64,000 nt of DNA from Felis catus. Taxonomy: Eukaryota. Every line of letters begins with the position of its first letter. Within the stretch, counting starts at the first letter, position 1. The DNA is taken from assembly GCF_018350175.1 (NCBI RefSeq), contig NC_058374.1, forward strand, positions 82,770,001-82,834,000, given 5' to 3'. A program made the position numbers and the translations under genes. The notes below the pieces were generated by a model. It saw nothing but the letters and a program-made list of their open reading frames with translations. It made no database searches and was not told where the DNA came from. This document shows, piece after piece, positions 1 to 12,323 of this stretch.

Positions 1-119
1 CTTATGTATTATCAGTTCCGTGACCACAGACAGACTCGCCAAGTAGTTTGCCTGACGACCTCGTTCCTCCTGGACATCTCTGCAGCTTCTCAAACACTTA
101 TCCCTGCGCCCTTTCTCGC

Positions 120-700
120 TAGAGGTGTGAAACTACATCTCCCGAAAGGCCGCGTTGTCCCCTTCCTTCCTCCCTCTCCCGGTTCCGAGTCATGGCAACG
201 GCGTGACGTGAGGGTACTGGGAGCTGCGGGAGCAGCGGTCGCGGCTTCAGTTCTAGCCTACCCGGCCGCCCGGGCGGGAGCAGGGGCGAGAGGAGCCGCA
301 GCCCCGGGCAGCTCCTGCGCTCGGGGACCCTGAACCCGCCCGGCGGCCCCTTCCTGCCGCTTTTCCTCCCGAGCCAGGAAGGCGCAGCGGTTGTCAGAGC
401 TGAGAGAATAAGGGAGGGTCGCGCGCATGGCCTCGGCGGGCGCGCGGCGGCTCCCAGCCGGGACGCGCGCGGCGGCCCAGCGCTGCTGCGGCTTCGCGCT
501 CCTCCCAGGCGCGCTCCCGGCTCCGCCCCCCGGCCCTCCGCGACGGCCGCGACCAATGAGGTGAGAGGGAGGTGAGGGCGTCTGCGCGGGTGTAAAGAGG
601 GTCTTGTAGGGCCCCGAATTTGCACCTTGGAGGGGTGCGCTTCTGGGATGTAGGCCTGGCGTCGGGTGGCGCGGCAGCGGTCCACCTAGGAGTCTAATGT
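120..700 (+). promoter_or_regulatory. COQ10A CpG-island promoter
   Basis: CpG-rich; ACTACAnnTCCC (ZNF143/THAP11-type) 132-143, X-box-like GTCATGGCAAC 189-199, CRE-like TGACGTGA 204-211. Confidence 0.75.
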
Positions 701-3154
701 AGAACTTTGGGGAAGGTTTTTGCAAGTTATTCGCAAAGGGGAGTCCCCGGGGCGGGTTCCCAATCACTGCTTGCCTCTCGCTCGCGCCCTGGCAACACCG
801 GGCTTGGTGAGGCCCCGGAGACTATGATACTATGATACTTTGTGAGAGTCGTAGCTTTTAGCAGTAGCATAGCCCACGCTTAAAGGCAACTGCGCTTCGC
901 ACGCACCCCACTTTTTCCCATCTCCTCTCTCGGCACTGTCCTCAACCGCCCTCGACCTTTCGCACTCGTGACTGCCTGGCCAGAGTGCCTGGCGGGCTGC
1001 ATCAGGTGCTGGGGGAAAAACTTGTCTGGACGACCTTCCTCTGGGATGCACCGCACTTCCCCTTCACCTGGGAATGGTTGAGGAACACAAAGAATCATGA
1101 CGTTGTCTCCCCTTTCCTTTTATCCTTAGATTTCTGATGTCCTGCAGCCTCTTCTTGCCCCGGGCTGCCCAGGTCTTGGTGGCTGAGGCTGGCTTACCTC
1201 CCAGGCGTTCCTTCATGGGCTTTGCTGCCCCTTTCACTAACAAGCGAAAAGCTTACTCCGAGCGTAGGATCATGGGGTGAGCATCCTCCCCTGTCCAGCA
1301 TCCCTCCACATTGCCTTCCCCTCCAAACAAATGATCCAGCTGGGGAGAGGGATGGCCAGGGATGAATCCTTCCCTCCCAGCCTTCCAACTTTCATTTCCC
1401 CCTTCTTGGTTGCTGGGCATGTCCATTAAGTGAAATGTGACTAGAACTGGGCAATATAAGACAACAGGGTATTATTTCTCTGCTGACCTTTTATTATTTT
1501 TTTAACTTAAAAAGTTTTTTTTATTTTGAGAGAAAGCGAGTGAGCGCGCGAATGGAGGAGGGGCAGAGAGAATCCCAAGTAGTATTCTCTTCCCTGGGCT
1601 CGATCTGTACCTAGGGCTACTTTGTTAGAAAGTTATAGAACTAGGATCTGAGTTCTTGTGGGATCACCAGTAAAATGGACAGCCAGTGTTCCCCCTAGTC
1701 TTTTTTTTTTTTTTTTTAAGATTTATTTTGAGAACAGAACAAGCTAGGGAGGGGTAGAGGGGAGAGACAGAATCCCAAGCAGGCTCTGCATCATCAGTGC
1801 AGAGTTTGATGTGGGGCTCGAACCCACAAACTGTGAGATCATGACCTGAACCAAGATCAAGAGTCGGACGCTTAGCTTACTGCACCACCCTGGTGCCTCT
1901 AGATAGTCCCTCTTAAGATCAAAATAGATAGTAAATGCAATAGCGTTCTGTGAACTACAAAATATAAGGTAACGTTAACATCATGGAAATTTGTTTGCTT
2001 TTGGGAAGTCATAAATCCAGGTTTTGGGATCTCTAGTTCCTGATGATGAATAGTTAGTGGGCAAAGGTACTGGGGGGAAGGTACCCAGGGCAGGGAGGAA
2101 CTTGACCCAGCTGGCAGTTCCTTGGCCTCTCTCTGTGATTCCTTCTCCTAGGTACTCAATGCAGGAGATGTACGAAGTGGTGTCCAATGTCCAGGAGTAT
2201 CGTGAGTTTGTGCCCTGGTGTAAGAAGTCTTTGGTGGTATCTAGCCGCAAAGGTCACCTGAAGGCCCAGTTAGAGGTTGGGTTTCCACCTATTGTGGAAC
2301 GTTACACGTCTGCTGTTTCCATGGTCAAACCTCACATGGTCAAGGTGAGGCGCTGGGAGGAGGGATTAATCAGCAAAATTTTTGTGTTCTCTAGCATTTT
2401 TACATTTAAGGGCTATTTTGGCCCTCTTTATAATGATTTTATCTCCATGTGTCAAATACTTCCCTAATAAAACATTCGAAGGAAAGGAAAATATCTTTCA
2501 TTTCTTTCTTATAGGCTCCTATACCTAGTATAGGTTTTATTCCATTTTAATATTGTTTAACTACCCGACTGTCCTTTTAGGCTGTTTGCACTGATGGCAA
2601 GCTCTTCAACCACTTAGAGACCATTTGGCGATTCAGTCCGGGTATTCCTGCCTACCCACGAACTTGCACTGTGGACTTTTCGGTGAGTCAGGAGGCTGTG
2701 TAGCATAGGGTTGTGGGAGCAGAGTGGAGGTACAATGACAGTTATCAAGTATAGCTAGCACTTAGCATTTCCTAAGTCAGTGACACTTTTCCATAGGTCT
2801 GAGCTTACATCAAACATACTCTGTGCTCAGTCGTTAAGTAAGGGCTTTTGAAGGGATCTAAGAACTAGAGGGGGAGGGGAAGAAAAGGNNNNNNNNNNNN
2901 NNNNNNNNNNNNNNNNNNNNNNNNNNNNNNNNNNNNNNNNNNNNNNNNNNNNNNNNNNNNNNNNNNNNNNNNNNNNNNNNNNNNNNNNNNNNNNNNNNNN
3001 NNNNNNNNNNNNNNNNNNNNNNNNNNNNNNNNNNNNNNNNNNNNNNNNNNNNNNNNNNNNNNNNNNNNNNNNNNNNNNNNNNNNNNNNNNNNNNNNNNNN
3101 NNNNNNNNNNNNNNNNNNNNNNNNNNNNNNNNNNNNNNNNNNNNNNNNNNNNNN
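427..3154 (+). CDS. COQ10A: Coenzyme Q-binding protein COQ10 homolog A (START-like domain); last coding exon hidden in N gap
   Basis: Exons 427-560 ([12 protein letters not shown]...RPMR), 1130-1276 ([15 protein letters not shown]...[10 protein letters not shown]), 2152-2344 ([26 protein letters not shown]...PHMVK), 2581-2682 ([34 protein letters not shown]); all GT-AG and phase-consistent. The expected final exon (ISFEF...HQT*) is not visible and should lie in N run 2889-3154, so the end coordinate is the gap edge. Confidence 0.95.
1701..1898 (-). mobile_element. CanSINE
   Basis: Poly-T tail, GA tract, tRNA-derived head in reverse. Confidence 0.8.
2889..3154. other. Assembly gap (266 N) over COQ10A last coding exon
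   Basis: N run. Confidence 0.95.
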
Positions 3155-3763
3155 CCTCTCCTCTACTCTCCCTCCCAATCCAATTCTCTTATTTATCTCA
3201 TTTGGCTCCTGATCCAATCTAAGAGAAGAGTCTGTGTTTATAATGTTTTCCTTCTCAATTCCCCAGAAATTGGGCTCTAAGCTGGCTACAAATGCTGGGG
3301 CACAAAGGTAGGGGGGTACAGAAAGAAGACATGCCTAGGGGATGGTCAGGCTCATCTTGAGAGCCCCATATGCCTGATGTCTGCAGTCTTCTCATAGTGA
3401 ATTATATTCAGGACTGTGTGGTTCTTTTTGGACCCTGTCAACATACCTTAGTGTCTGACCAGAGTAAGATAGCAACTTTTCTAAGGATTGTATAAACCAA
3501 GCTTTTTCCTCTGACAGAGGTACTGGGTGGTCAATAATTGTTGCCCACCTAAGATGCTTCAGGAAATGCCTGAGATCTGGCCCCAGATTGAAATCCATAT
3601 GATCTCACTTTTCAAAATATTTCCATGCTGCCTGGTTAGTGGAGAGCACGAGGCTGTCTTAACATCAGTGCCACAGGGGCAAGGAGAAAAAAAGCACTGA
3701 AGAGAATTGTACTCTTGGGTTGTACCTTATTCTTCTACTTGGCCTGAGTTTTTATAAAATTTC

Positions 3764-3769
3764 AATAAA
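3764..3769 (+). terminator. COQ10A polyadenylation signal AATAAA
   Basis: AATAAA about 600 nt past the last-exon gap, followed by GT/T-rich sequence. Confidence 0.7.
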
Positions 3770-4509
3770 TTAATTGTGACAGTGTGAATTTGGCTTTTTT
3801 ATATCGTTTCTTGGGGGAACAGTGTGGATATAGCATAGTAGAAGAAAGTCATGGCTTCCTTCCTCAGGGGAGTAAAGGTGCAAGAAGGCCTCTTGGACAT
3901 AGTGTCCCTGCTAACTATAGTAGCACATTCTACAAGCCAGGACCTAGTACCCACTCCCTTGCCTATTTATAGACTTTTTCAGAAGGTCAGTTGCAGGAGT
4001 CTCAGAACAGAATAATCTGGTCTCACATCTACCATACAGCTGATGTCCTCAGGACTGCTTATTTTGAGGACCTCCTTAAGGTCCCTGCAAAGAATAGGCA
4101 TTCCACACAATACCAGAGCCCTCTAGAGGCTCAGGTCCAGAGCCAGCAGTCCTCCTCTATTTGCCCTTGGTATGGTATGTTCCTTTCGCCCAATGGGCTG
4201 GACTAGTTTCCTTGGATTAGTCGCATAAGCAGTTTTGAGGTCTCAGCTACGGTCCTTGAGTGTTTTCTCTTACAACAAAATTAAGAAGGACTTCTAATCT
4301 TGAGGAAAGACAGAAATCTCCTTTGGAAATTTCAGGTATCCTGTCTTATTATGGTAAATAAATGTCAAAACCACCTAAAGATAAAGGGATGCACAGGACA
4401 ACTTAGAACACACTTAGTCCAGGATCTTGCTAGCCAGATTCCTTACTTTATAACAGAGATTCTTTCAGGTCTTATTTAATAGCAGGCTCAAGCATTGTTA
4501 ATAAAAACA

Positions 4510-4515
4510 TTTATT
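4510..4515 (-). terminator. CS polyadenylation signal AATAAA
   Basis: TTTATT on + strand, 1.43 kb downstream of the CS stop, with an upstream UGUA element on the - strand. Confidence 0.7.
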
Positions 4516-5632
4516 TTGCATTTTATACAGAACAACCTGAAGTCTGGATCATGACTTGACAGTTACCCAGGGGTTTACAGACAATGTGTCCATCTCAGCG
4601 TGGTTCTGGGGATTAGGGTTCCACACAAACACAGGCAGGAGTTGCGAGGAAGGAAGGGGGCACTGTAGGAGTGTATTTCAATCCTTTCTTAAAGAAAAGG
4701 CAGTAGAGCATTCTGAGTCACTGAAACCTGTGCAAATGGGGCTTCTAAAAAATACTGTACTGTGAGCTCTTGAGGAAGGGGCCAGATAAGGATCTTGATA
4801 AATAAAGGGATATTTTCTTGTAGCAGGGGAAGAGGGAGGCCTATTACTTTTGTTCTCAGCCCCAAGACCTGATATTCAAAGGAAACCACATCCAATCTTA
4901 AATAATTTCCCTGCTAAGAAGTACCCATATCCCTGGAACCAGACTATGAAGATAGCATGCTGGTCATTCCCAAGTCCTTATTCAATGGCCCATAGCATAT
5001 TAAAATAAAGTAGAAGAAAAAGATCAAAGGGTAGTGGCTTGTGTTCCACAGGACTAAAAAGTTTAGTACATGTTAAGCACTGATAAAGCCAAATGACTGG
5101 GAAGGACCACAGCTTAGACAGTGGCATATACAACCTGCTGGAAGAGGCCTAGTAAACACCTCTAGTAAGGGGCAGGGGGGAAGGGTGGGGGGAGTCCACA
5201 GCACCCTCAGCTTGAGGTACAGCAGGTATAGAAAATCTGGAAGGAGGGGAATATTAAAGCAGTGAGTAATAGAACACTCCCAGATCTTAATTTTCATAGG
5301 ATAATTTTAAAAGAGAAAAATCAAACATTGGGTGCCAGTCACAACAAATGCCATGGCCTTTATGGTCACCTGGTAGCATAAAAAAAAAATGCCAAAGAGG
5401 TCTGCCTAACCCAACAGGTCTTGCTAGAAGTGTCTGTGTGCATGGGAGAGAGCAATGAGGCTTCACAGAACTGATAATCCAACATGATTCCTATGGGAAC
5501 AGAAGGGGCAGAGTCCCGATTTGCTGGCCTATGGAGGGCTGGGCTGAGTAGAACCAAAAGCTCTAAAATCACTGCAGATTCTCTGCAACCAGCTTTGACC
5601 CAGGTAAAGAAGAGTCAGATTCTCATTCTAGA

Positions 5633-5659
5633 GGTGGTGGTGGTGGTGGTGGTGGTGGT
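5633..5659. repeat. (GGT)9 repeat in CS 3' UTR
   Basis: Nine units followed by a G-run. Confidence 0.9.
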
Positions 5660-5942
5660 GGGAGGGGGGGCCCAAACCTAACCCATACCACATGCATTAG
5701 TCCTGGTCACCCTACAGTTGATGGGCAACTCACCAGGCAGGAAAAAGGAACTGATTAGGGAAGAAGGGGTTACTTTTTATCTTTTAAAGTCTTAATTTCT
5801 ATTTTAACTTCAAACTTATTATCAGTGCCTCAGATACAATTTAATCTTAAATCTTAAAAAGCCCCCTGAAACAAAACAAAATTATACTTTTTTTTAAAGC
5901 TCCCTCACTTTCTGGTAGTTAGTTTCCCCCCAGTCTCCAGTT

Positions 5943-8900
5943 TTACCCTGACTTAGAGTCCACAAACTTCATCAGACCATCCGTGCTCATTGACTTGGGC
6001 CTCTCTAGTGGGAAGCCTAGGGCTCGGCTCCAAATGAGCTGTGCCAGTACCCCCAGTGCCCGTGACACCCCAAACAGGACTGTGTAGTAATTCATCTCTG
6101 TCATGCCGTAGTACTGTAAGATAAAAGAGAAATAAGTTTTGTTAAAGGCGCTGAGGTAATAGCATGCATAAGTCCAGGGGCAGAGACCTTAACTGAGTCA
6201 GCCTCAAATAGAAATGACACTAGGAGGGGTGTCCAGGTGGCTCAGTCAGTTAAGCATCCAACTCTTGGTTTCAGCTCAGGTCACAATCTCACAGTTGTAA
6301 GTTCGAGTCCCACATCAGCTTCTCTGCAGAGCCCGCTTCGGATCCTGTCTCCCTCTCTCTCTGCCCCTCCCTGGCTCGCTTGCTCTCTTTTTCAAAAATA
6401 AACAAACATTAAGAAAAACTTTAAGAAAATAAAGAAATGCACCAGGAAAAGTACAGTAATTGGGATTTTGAAAAGACAGCACCCCTTTCCTTCTGCCTGT
6501 ACCTGCCCTCTGCCACAGGCAACTTTATCAAAAGGGTAAAGAAGGAGGTATGAGTTGCTCTGACTAGGAAGTTGATTTTTTGCATGGCAGAGAACATTAG
6601 GGTTTGGCACAAATTAAAGGGAGAGCAGAGAAGGGAAGACTCACCTGGAGCAGCACCCCACTGTGAGCATCTACATTGGGCCAAGGATTTTTGGCCTTGC
6701 CCTGCTCTAACAGGACATTGGGCACAATCTTGTACAGCTGAGCAACAAGCTTAAACATGGAGTCATGAGGCAGGTGTTTAAGAGCAAACTCTCGCTGACA
6801 GGTATATCGTGGATCAGTCTTCCTTAGTACTGCATGGCCATAGCCTGGGACAACCTGTAAAGAGGGAGGGTAAAAAAGCCAGCTGTATTCTCAAGTAGAA
6901 ATTCTTCTTTTCTAAATTCTTTAGGCTAGACAAACAGAGGATGGGGCAGGGAGAGAATTTCCTTCTCTAACACAGGGACCTCTCTCATTCTATTCTCTTT
7001 AATTCTTCTAAATTGCACAACTTGGGTCTTGGCTTCTTTCCTAGTTGCTAAGCATCTCTGCTTACCCGTCCTGAGTTGAGTGTGTTCCATATGTAGTCTC
7101 GTAACTTCTCATCTGACACATCTTTGCCAACTTCTTTTTGTAGTTGTGTCAGCCAAACAAGTACTTCCTATGGGTAAGGTTTGGGGAATAAGATAGTGTC
7201 AACACATATGCTAGGAGGGAAAGGCAAGATCAGAAGAAAAGCATGAGAATAAGAAAAACATGAAGCAGGAAAAGAAAAGGAATAGTCTTACCTGATTTGC
7301 CAAACCATGTAGGGGCCCTGCTAGCCCGTTCATGGCTGCTGCAAAGGACAGGTAGGGGTCTGAAAGGGCACTGCCCACCAAGTGGCTGGTATGGGCACTT
7401 ACGTTGCCTCCCTCATGGTCACTGTGGGGAAGTAAGAAAGGAGAATCAAGGCCAAGAGAGGAGAAAAAGGGGCAGACTATGAAAACACAGACCTTGCTGT
7501 TCTCTTATCACATGCTAGCCTAGTTATGGGCTCACACTAGCCTATGGCCAGTTATACATAAGCTCTTGTAAGAGATGTCCCAATCTCATTACCAGCCTTT
7601 GTTCACTAATCCACAGGGCTGGAGAGGTTACTGGTTGATGATGCCTGTCTATGTGCCAAGCTCCTGGACGCTCACTCCAGCTTTAATAGGAATGGCCAGA
7701 AGAGGGAGCTCCTGGAAAGCTGAAAGATCACCTACTGTGAGCAATTAGTACTTTTCCCCAGCTTCTTAGAAACATTACTTTGTTCTTAGAAAGGTTATGA
7801 TTATTTCCCCATACCTCTGGATTTCCTTTACTAGATTCCTCTCGTCTTGTGTGCCATGTTTCCATTTCCTTGTTGCCTACTGCCTGTTCCCAGAAGAGAT
7901 TGTTCAGGAGCTTTTCTTAAAATTTTCTACCAATCCAGNNNNNNNNNNNNNNNNNNNNNNNNNNNNNNNNNNNNNNNNNNNNNNNNNNNNNNNNNNNNNN
8001 NNNNNNNNNNNNNNNNNNNNNNNNNNNNNNNNNNNNNNNNNNNNNNNNNNNNNNNNNNNNNNNNNNNNNNNNNNNNNNNNNNNGCTTCCCTCCCGATAGA
8101 GATTCCGGTAGATCTTTGCTGCAACACAAGGTAGCTTTGCGATAAGATCCATACAATCTTCATAAATCAACTGATAAGAGGAAAATGGAGAGAAAAAAAA
8201 AGAAAGAAAAAGATTTATCAACAAAGAAGAATTAGGCAAGGATGCTGTTTGTCGTCCATGGATTGGGCTATTTGGTTGATGCTCAGTGGTTATATATGGA
8301 GGTTAACAACAATAACCATTTAACTAAATAACTTTTATGACCCAGGCTCTGCACTAAGTGATTTACACATAATATCTTGTGTATATTAAAACATTTTTGG
8401 GGTGCGTGGGTGGCAAAATCAGTTAAGCATCTGACTTGATTTCAGCTCAGGTCATGGTCCCAGGGTCATGGGATCAAGTCCCAAATCAGGCTCCTCGTAA
8501 GTATGGAGCCTGCTTGAGATTCTCTCTCTCTACCCCTCTCCCCCACTCACACACACTCTAAAACAAAACAAAACAAAATGTTATTTCTAATTTTTGCCAC
8601 TCTACCAAGTACGTAATGACCTCCATTTTATAGGTGAGTAAACAAGCTCAGAGCATTCAGTTAAATGCCAAAGTCAGATTTTGAACGCTTTTATGTTTAA
8701 CCATGATCTTTCCCACTACCTGACTTTGCACTCAATGAATGTGCTAAGATACTAGGTTTTAGAAATTAATTCTGTTCCATCTTTCAAAGAAAATTCACCA
8801 TATATGCTAAGGGTCAAAGAGTAGCATTCAATTGTTAGGTAATAACAAAGGCTTCCATTTTTAAGCACTTACTAACAGGCACTGTGATATATTATTTGCA

Positions 8901-11900
8901 TTTTTTTTTACCCTCACAATAGTCCCGTAAGGTAATATATCCCTCATTTTATAAATCAAGAAATTGGGGCTTGGCCAGGTTAAGTTACATGCACAAAGTT
9001 ACCCACTTAGCTAATAAGCATCATGCAGCTTAAACAATTATTAATTCATGGACACTCTTGTTTCATCTACACCCTTACTTTCTCCTCTCACCTCCCAAGT
9101 TATTTTGAATGAATTCCAGACATATATTCCAACATGTAAACGTTTAAGCATATATCTCTAAAAGATAAAGGCTGTTGATAAAAACAAAATCACAAAACCA
9201 TTATCCCAAAGGGAAAAAAATTAATAAATCCTCAATATCATTAAATATCTACTCAGTATTCAAATTTCCCTGATAATAAAGCCCCCCCACCTCATGTGTT
9301 TGATTCAGGACAGAAAAACCCACGTTGCAATTGTTTGTCTCTGAAGTCTCTTTTTTTTTTTTTTTTTTAAACATTTATTTATTTTTGAGACGGAGAGAGA
9401 CACAGCATGAACGGGGGAGGGGCAGAGAGAGAGGGAAACACAGAATCGGAAGCAGGCTCCAGGCTCTGAGCCATCAGCCCAGAGCCCGACGCGGGGCTCG
9501 AACTCGCAGACTGCGAGATCGTGACCTGAGCCGAAGTCGGACGCTCAACCGACTGAGCCACCCAGGCGCCCCTGAAGTCTCTTTTAATCAACGTTAAGTT
9601 CCCTGTCATGCTTTCCTTTTTTAAAAAAATCTTTTTTTATATTTTATTTTTTAGAGAGAGAGCAAGTGGGGGACAGGGGGAGGAGGGAAAGAAAGAAAAT
9701 CTTAAGCAGGCTCCATGATCAGCGCGGAGCCTACCACAGGACTTGATCCCACAATGCTGGGATCATGACCTGAGAGAAAACAAGAGTTGGACGTACCACC
9801 TAGGTGTAGTGTACCCCCCGCCTTTTTCACTTTGCAATTTATTTGTGGAAAATCGGATCACTTCTTTTGGAGAATTTCCCGGTTTAGATTTCGCTGGTTA
9901 TATACCTGTGATGTCATTTAACATGTTCCTCTGTCGATTGTATTTTGTATAAAACTGATGGATCTAAAGGCTTGAGTAGATTCCAGTTCAAATTTTTTTT
10001 TTTTAGCAAGACTACTCAAGTGAGCACCAGGTGACGTATGGAAGTGTTGAATCACTATATTGTAATCTGAAACTAATATTACACTGCATGTTAACTAACT
10101 GAAATTTAAACTAAAAAAAAAAAAAAAAAAAAAAGACTACCTGATAAATAGTGTTGTGTTCATTTATTAAGAGAAACACAGAAGAAGGAAAAAAAAAAAA
10201 AAAGAAACACAGGGGGTGCCTGGCTGGCTCACTGGGTAGAGCATAAGACTCTTGATCTTGGGGTTATTAAGTTCAAGACCCATGTTGGATACAGAAATTA
10301 CTTAAAAATAAAATCTTAAAAAAGAAAGAGAAACATAATCTGGTTGCCTCTTTTTGTGATGTTAATAGCTTGCTCAACTCTTCTGTATTATTTCAAAAAA
10401 ATGTTTATTTATTTTGAGAGAGAGGAAAAAGAGAGAGCACATGGGGGAAAGACACTGAAAGAGAGAGAGAGAACCCCAAGCAGGCTCTGCACTGTCAGCA
10501 CAGACAAGGAGCTCCAAGTCACAAACCATGAGATCATGACCTGAGCCAAAATCAAAAGTCTGGATGCTTTACCAACTGAGCCATTCAGGCACCTTTCTTG
10601 TGTGTCAATTTTATCTTCTCAAAGGGAATTTTAAGTTCCTTAGAGATAAGACAGGGTTTTGGTATTTTGTTTTCTTTTTTTAAATAACTTAAAGGGGCGC
10701 CTGGGTGGCTCAGTCGGTTGGACGTCCAACTTTGGCTCAGGTCATGATTTCACAGCTTGTGAGTTCGAGCCCTGCATCGGGCTTGTGCTGACAGCTCAGA
10801 GCCTGGAGCCTGCTTCAATTCTGTGTTTCCCTCTCTCTCTGCCCCTACGCTGCTTGTGCTCTCTGTCTCTCATAAATGAATAAATGTTAAAAAAAAAAAA
10901 ATTAAAATTAAATAAATAAATAAATAACTTAAAAAAAAAAAAAAAGCTGCTTTCATCCACAGTTCCAGGTACATAGAAAGCATGGACTAAATACTTATTG
11001 GTTGATATTGTTACATGGTGCTAATATACAAGTTAACTAGCTAAATGCTCCTGCAGGAAGTCATAAGGTTTCAGTAGTTTTCTTCAAAGAGCAAAATCTA
11101 TAATAACTAGCCTAAATGAATTAATCTCTATAGTGTCATGTATTATTCAGGTATCAAATATCAAGTAAACTAAAATATATGCACGTACACACACACACAC
11201 ACACATTCAGTGAATTTTGTAAATGCTACCAGATTCAATAAGAATACTGCCAAAATTAGGGGCACCTGGTAGCTCAGTTTGTGAAGCATCTGACTCTTGA
11301 TTTTGGCTCAGGTCATGATCTCATGGTTCATGAGTTCGAACCCCGCATCAGACTCTGTGCTGACAGTGTGGAGCCTGCTTGGGATTCTCTGTCTCCCCCT
11401 CGCTGCCCCTCCCCTGCTCGCTCGCTCTCTCTCTCTCTCTCAAAAATAAACATTAAAAAAATGTATTACAAAAAGAAAACTGCCAAAATTAAAAAGCTAC
11501 TTGAAACAAGAAACACTCAGCTAACAATTGCAAATTCTCAAGAGGTTACTTACATGATAATCATATGATTAACCATACTTCCATGCAGATTTACATTCCC
11601 CCAAGGAAGTAAGTTGCTTCCAGAAGCCTGCATCAAGCATATGCAGTTTTAAGAGACTTGGACTGATTAGCAGAATGCCAAGAACAGGATTCTGGGCTAG
11701 ATAAACTATTATCTGTGGTGTGTATACTAACTTGCAAAACTATTTGGAAAGTATGAATGGTGTCTTCTTCTACTACTGAGAATGGAGTTTATAAAGCAAC
11801 CTGTAACAGACCAGGCATGACAATATGGGATCCTTACCCTGCTTTTTATAGTGGTCAATGCTGTACAGTCAAGAAGAGATCAAAACAAAACAAAACAAAA

Positions 11901-12287
11901 ACTTACAGAGAACTCCTGTTATTTTTCCTTTAATAAGCTAAGATTGAGGTGCTATTTAGGTATTTGTACCAACACATTCTTCATTGATAAAGCCTTGGAA
12001 AAAAGATGTTAAAATATGCCAACATCACAACTATCTGGAATAAAGGTTATAAAAATGACCATCATCATCATCATGAGCCAGCATCTCTATGGCTAGTAAA
12101 ATCCTGGTCAGGTAGTTAGCAAACAATCATCATCATCATCATCATTATTTTTTTTTTAAGTTTATTTATTTATTTTGAGTGACAGAGAGAGAGAGAGAGA
12201 GGGAGAGAGAGAGAGATAGCAGGAGTGGGGGAGGGGTGTGCAGAGAGAGGGAGAGGGAGAGGGAGAGGAGAGGGAGAGGGAGAGGGA

Positions 12288-12323
<36 letters not shown>

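Noticed and set aside
4-767. Long overlapping ORFs (109-188 aa) at the window start
   Set aside because: GC-rich CpG-island artefacts around COQ10A exon 1; no recognisable domain.
887-1005. Possible alternative COQ10A first exon (donor CAG|GTGCT at 1005)
   Set aside because: I found no nearby in-frame ATG; unsupported from sequence alone.
7927-7938. LDW* read immediately after the CS exon-7 gap, resembling CS ...LDWSHN with a premature stop
   Set aside because: The true LDW is expected about 24 nt into the gap, not 145 nt; flanks look intronic; most likely coincidence, and CS is essential.
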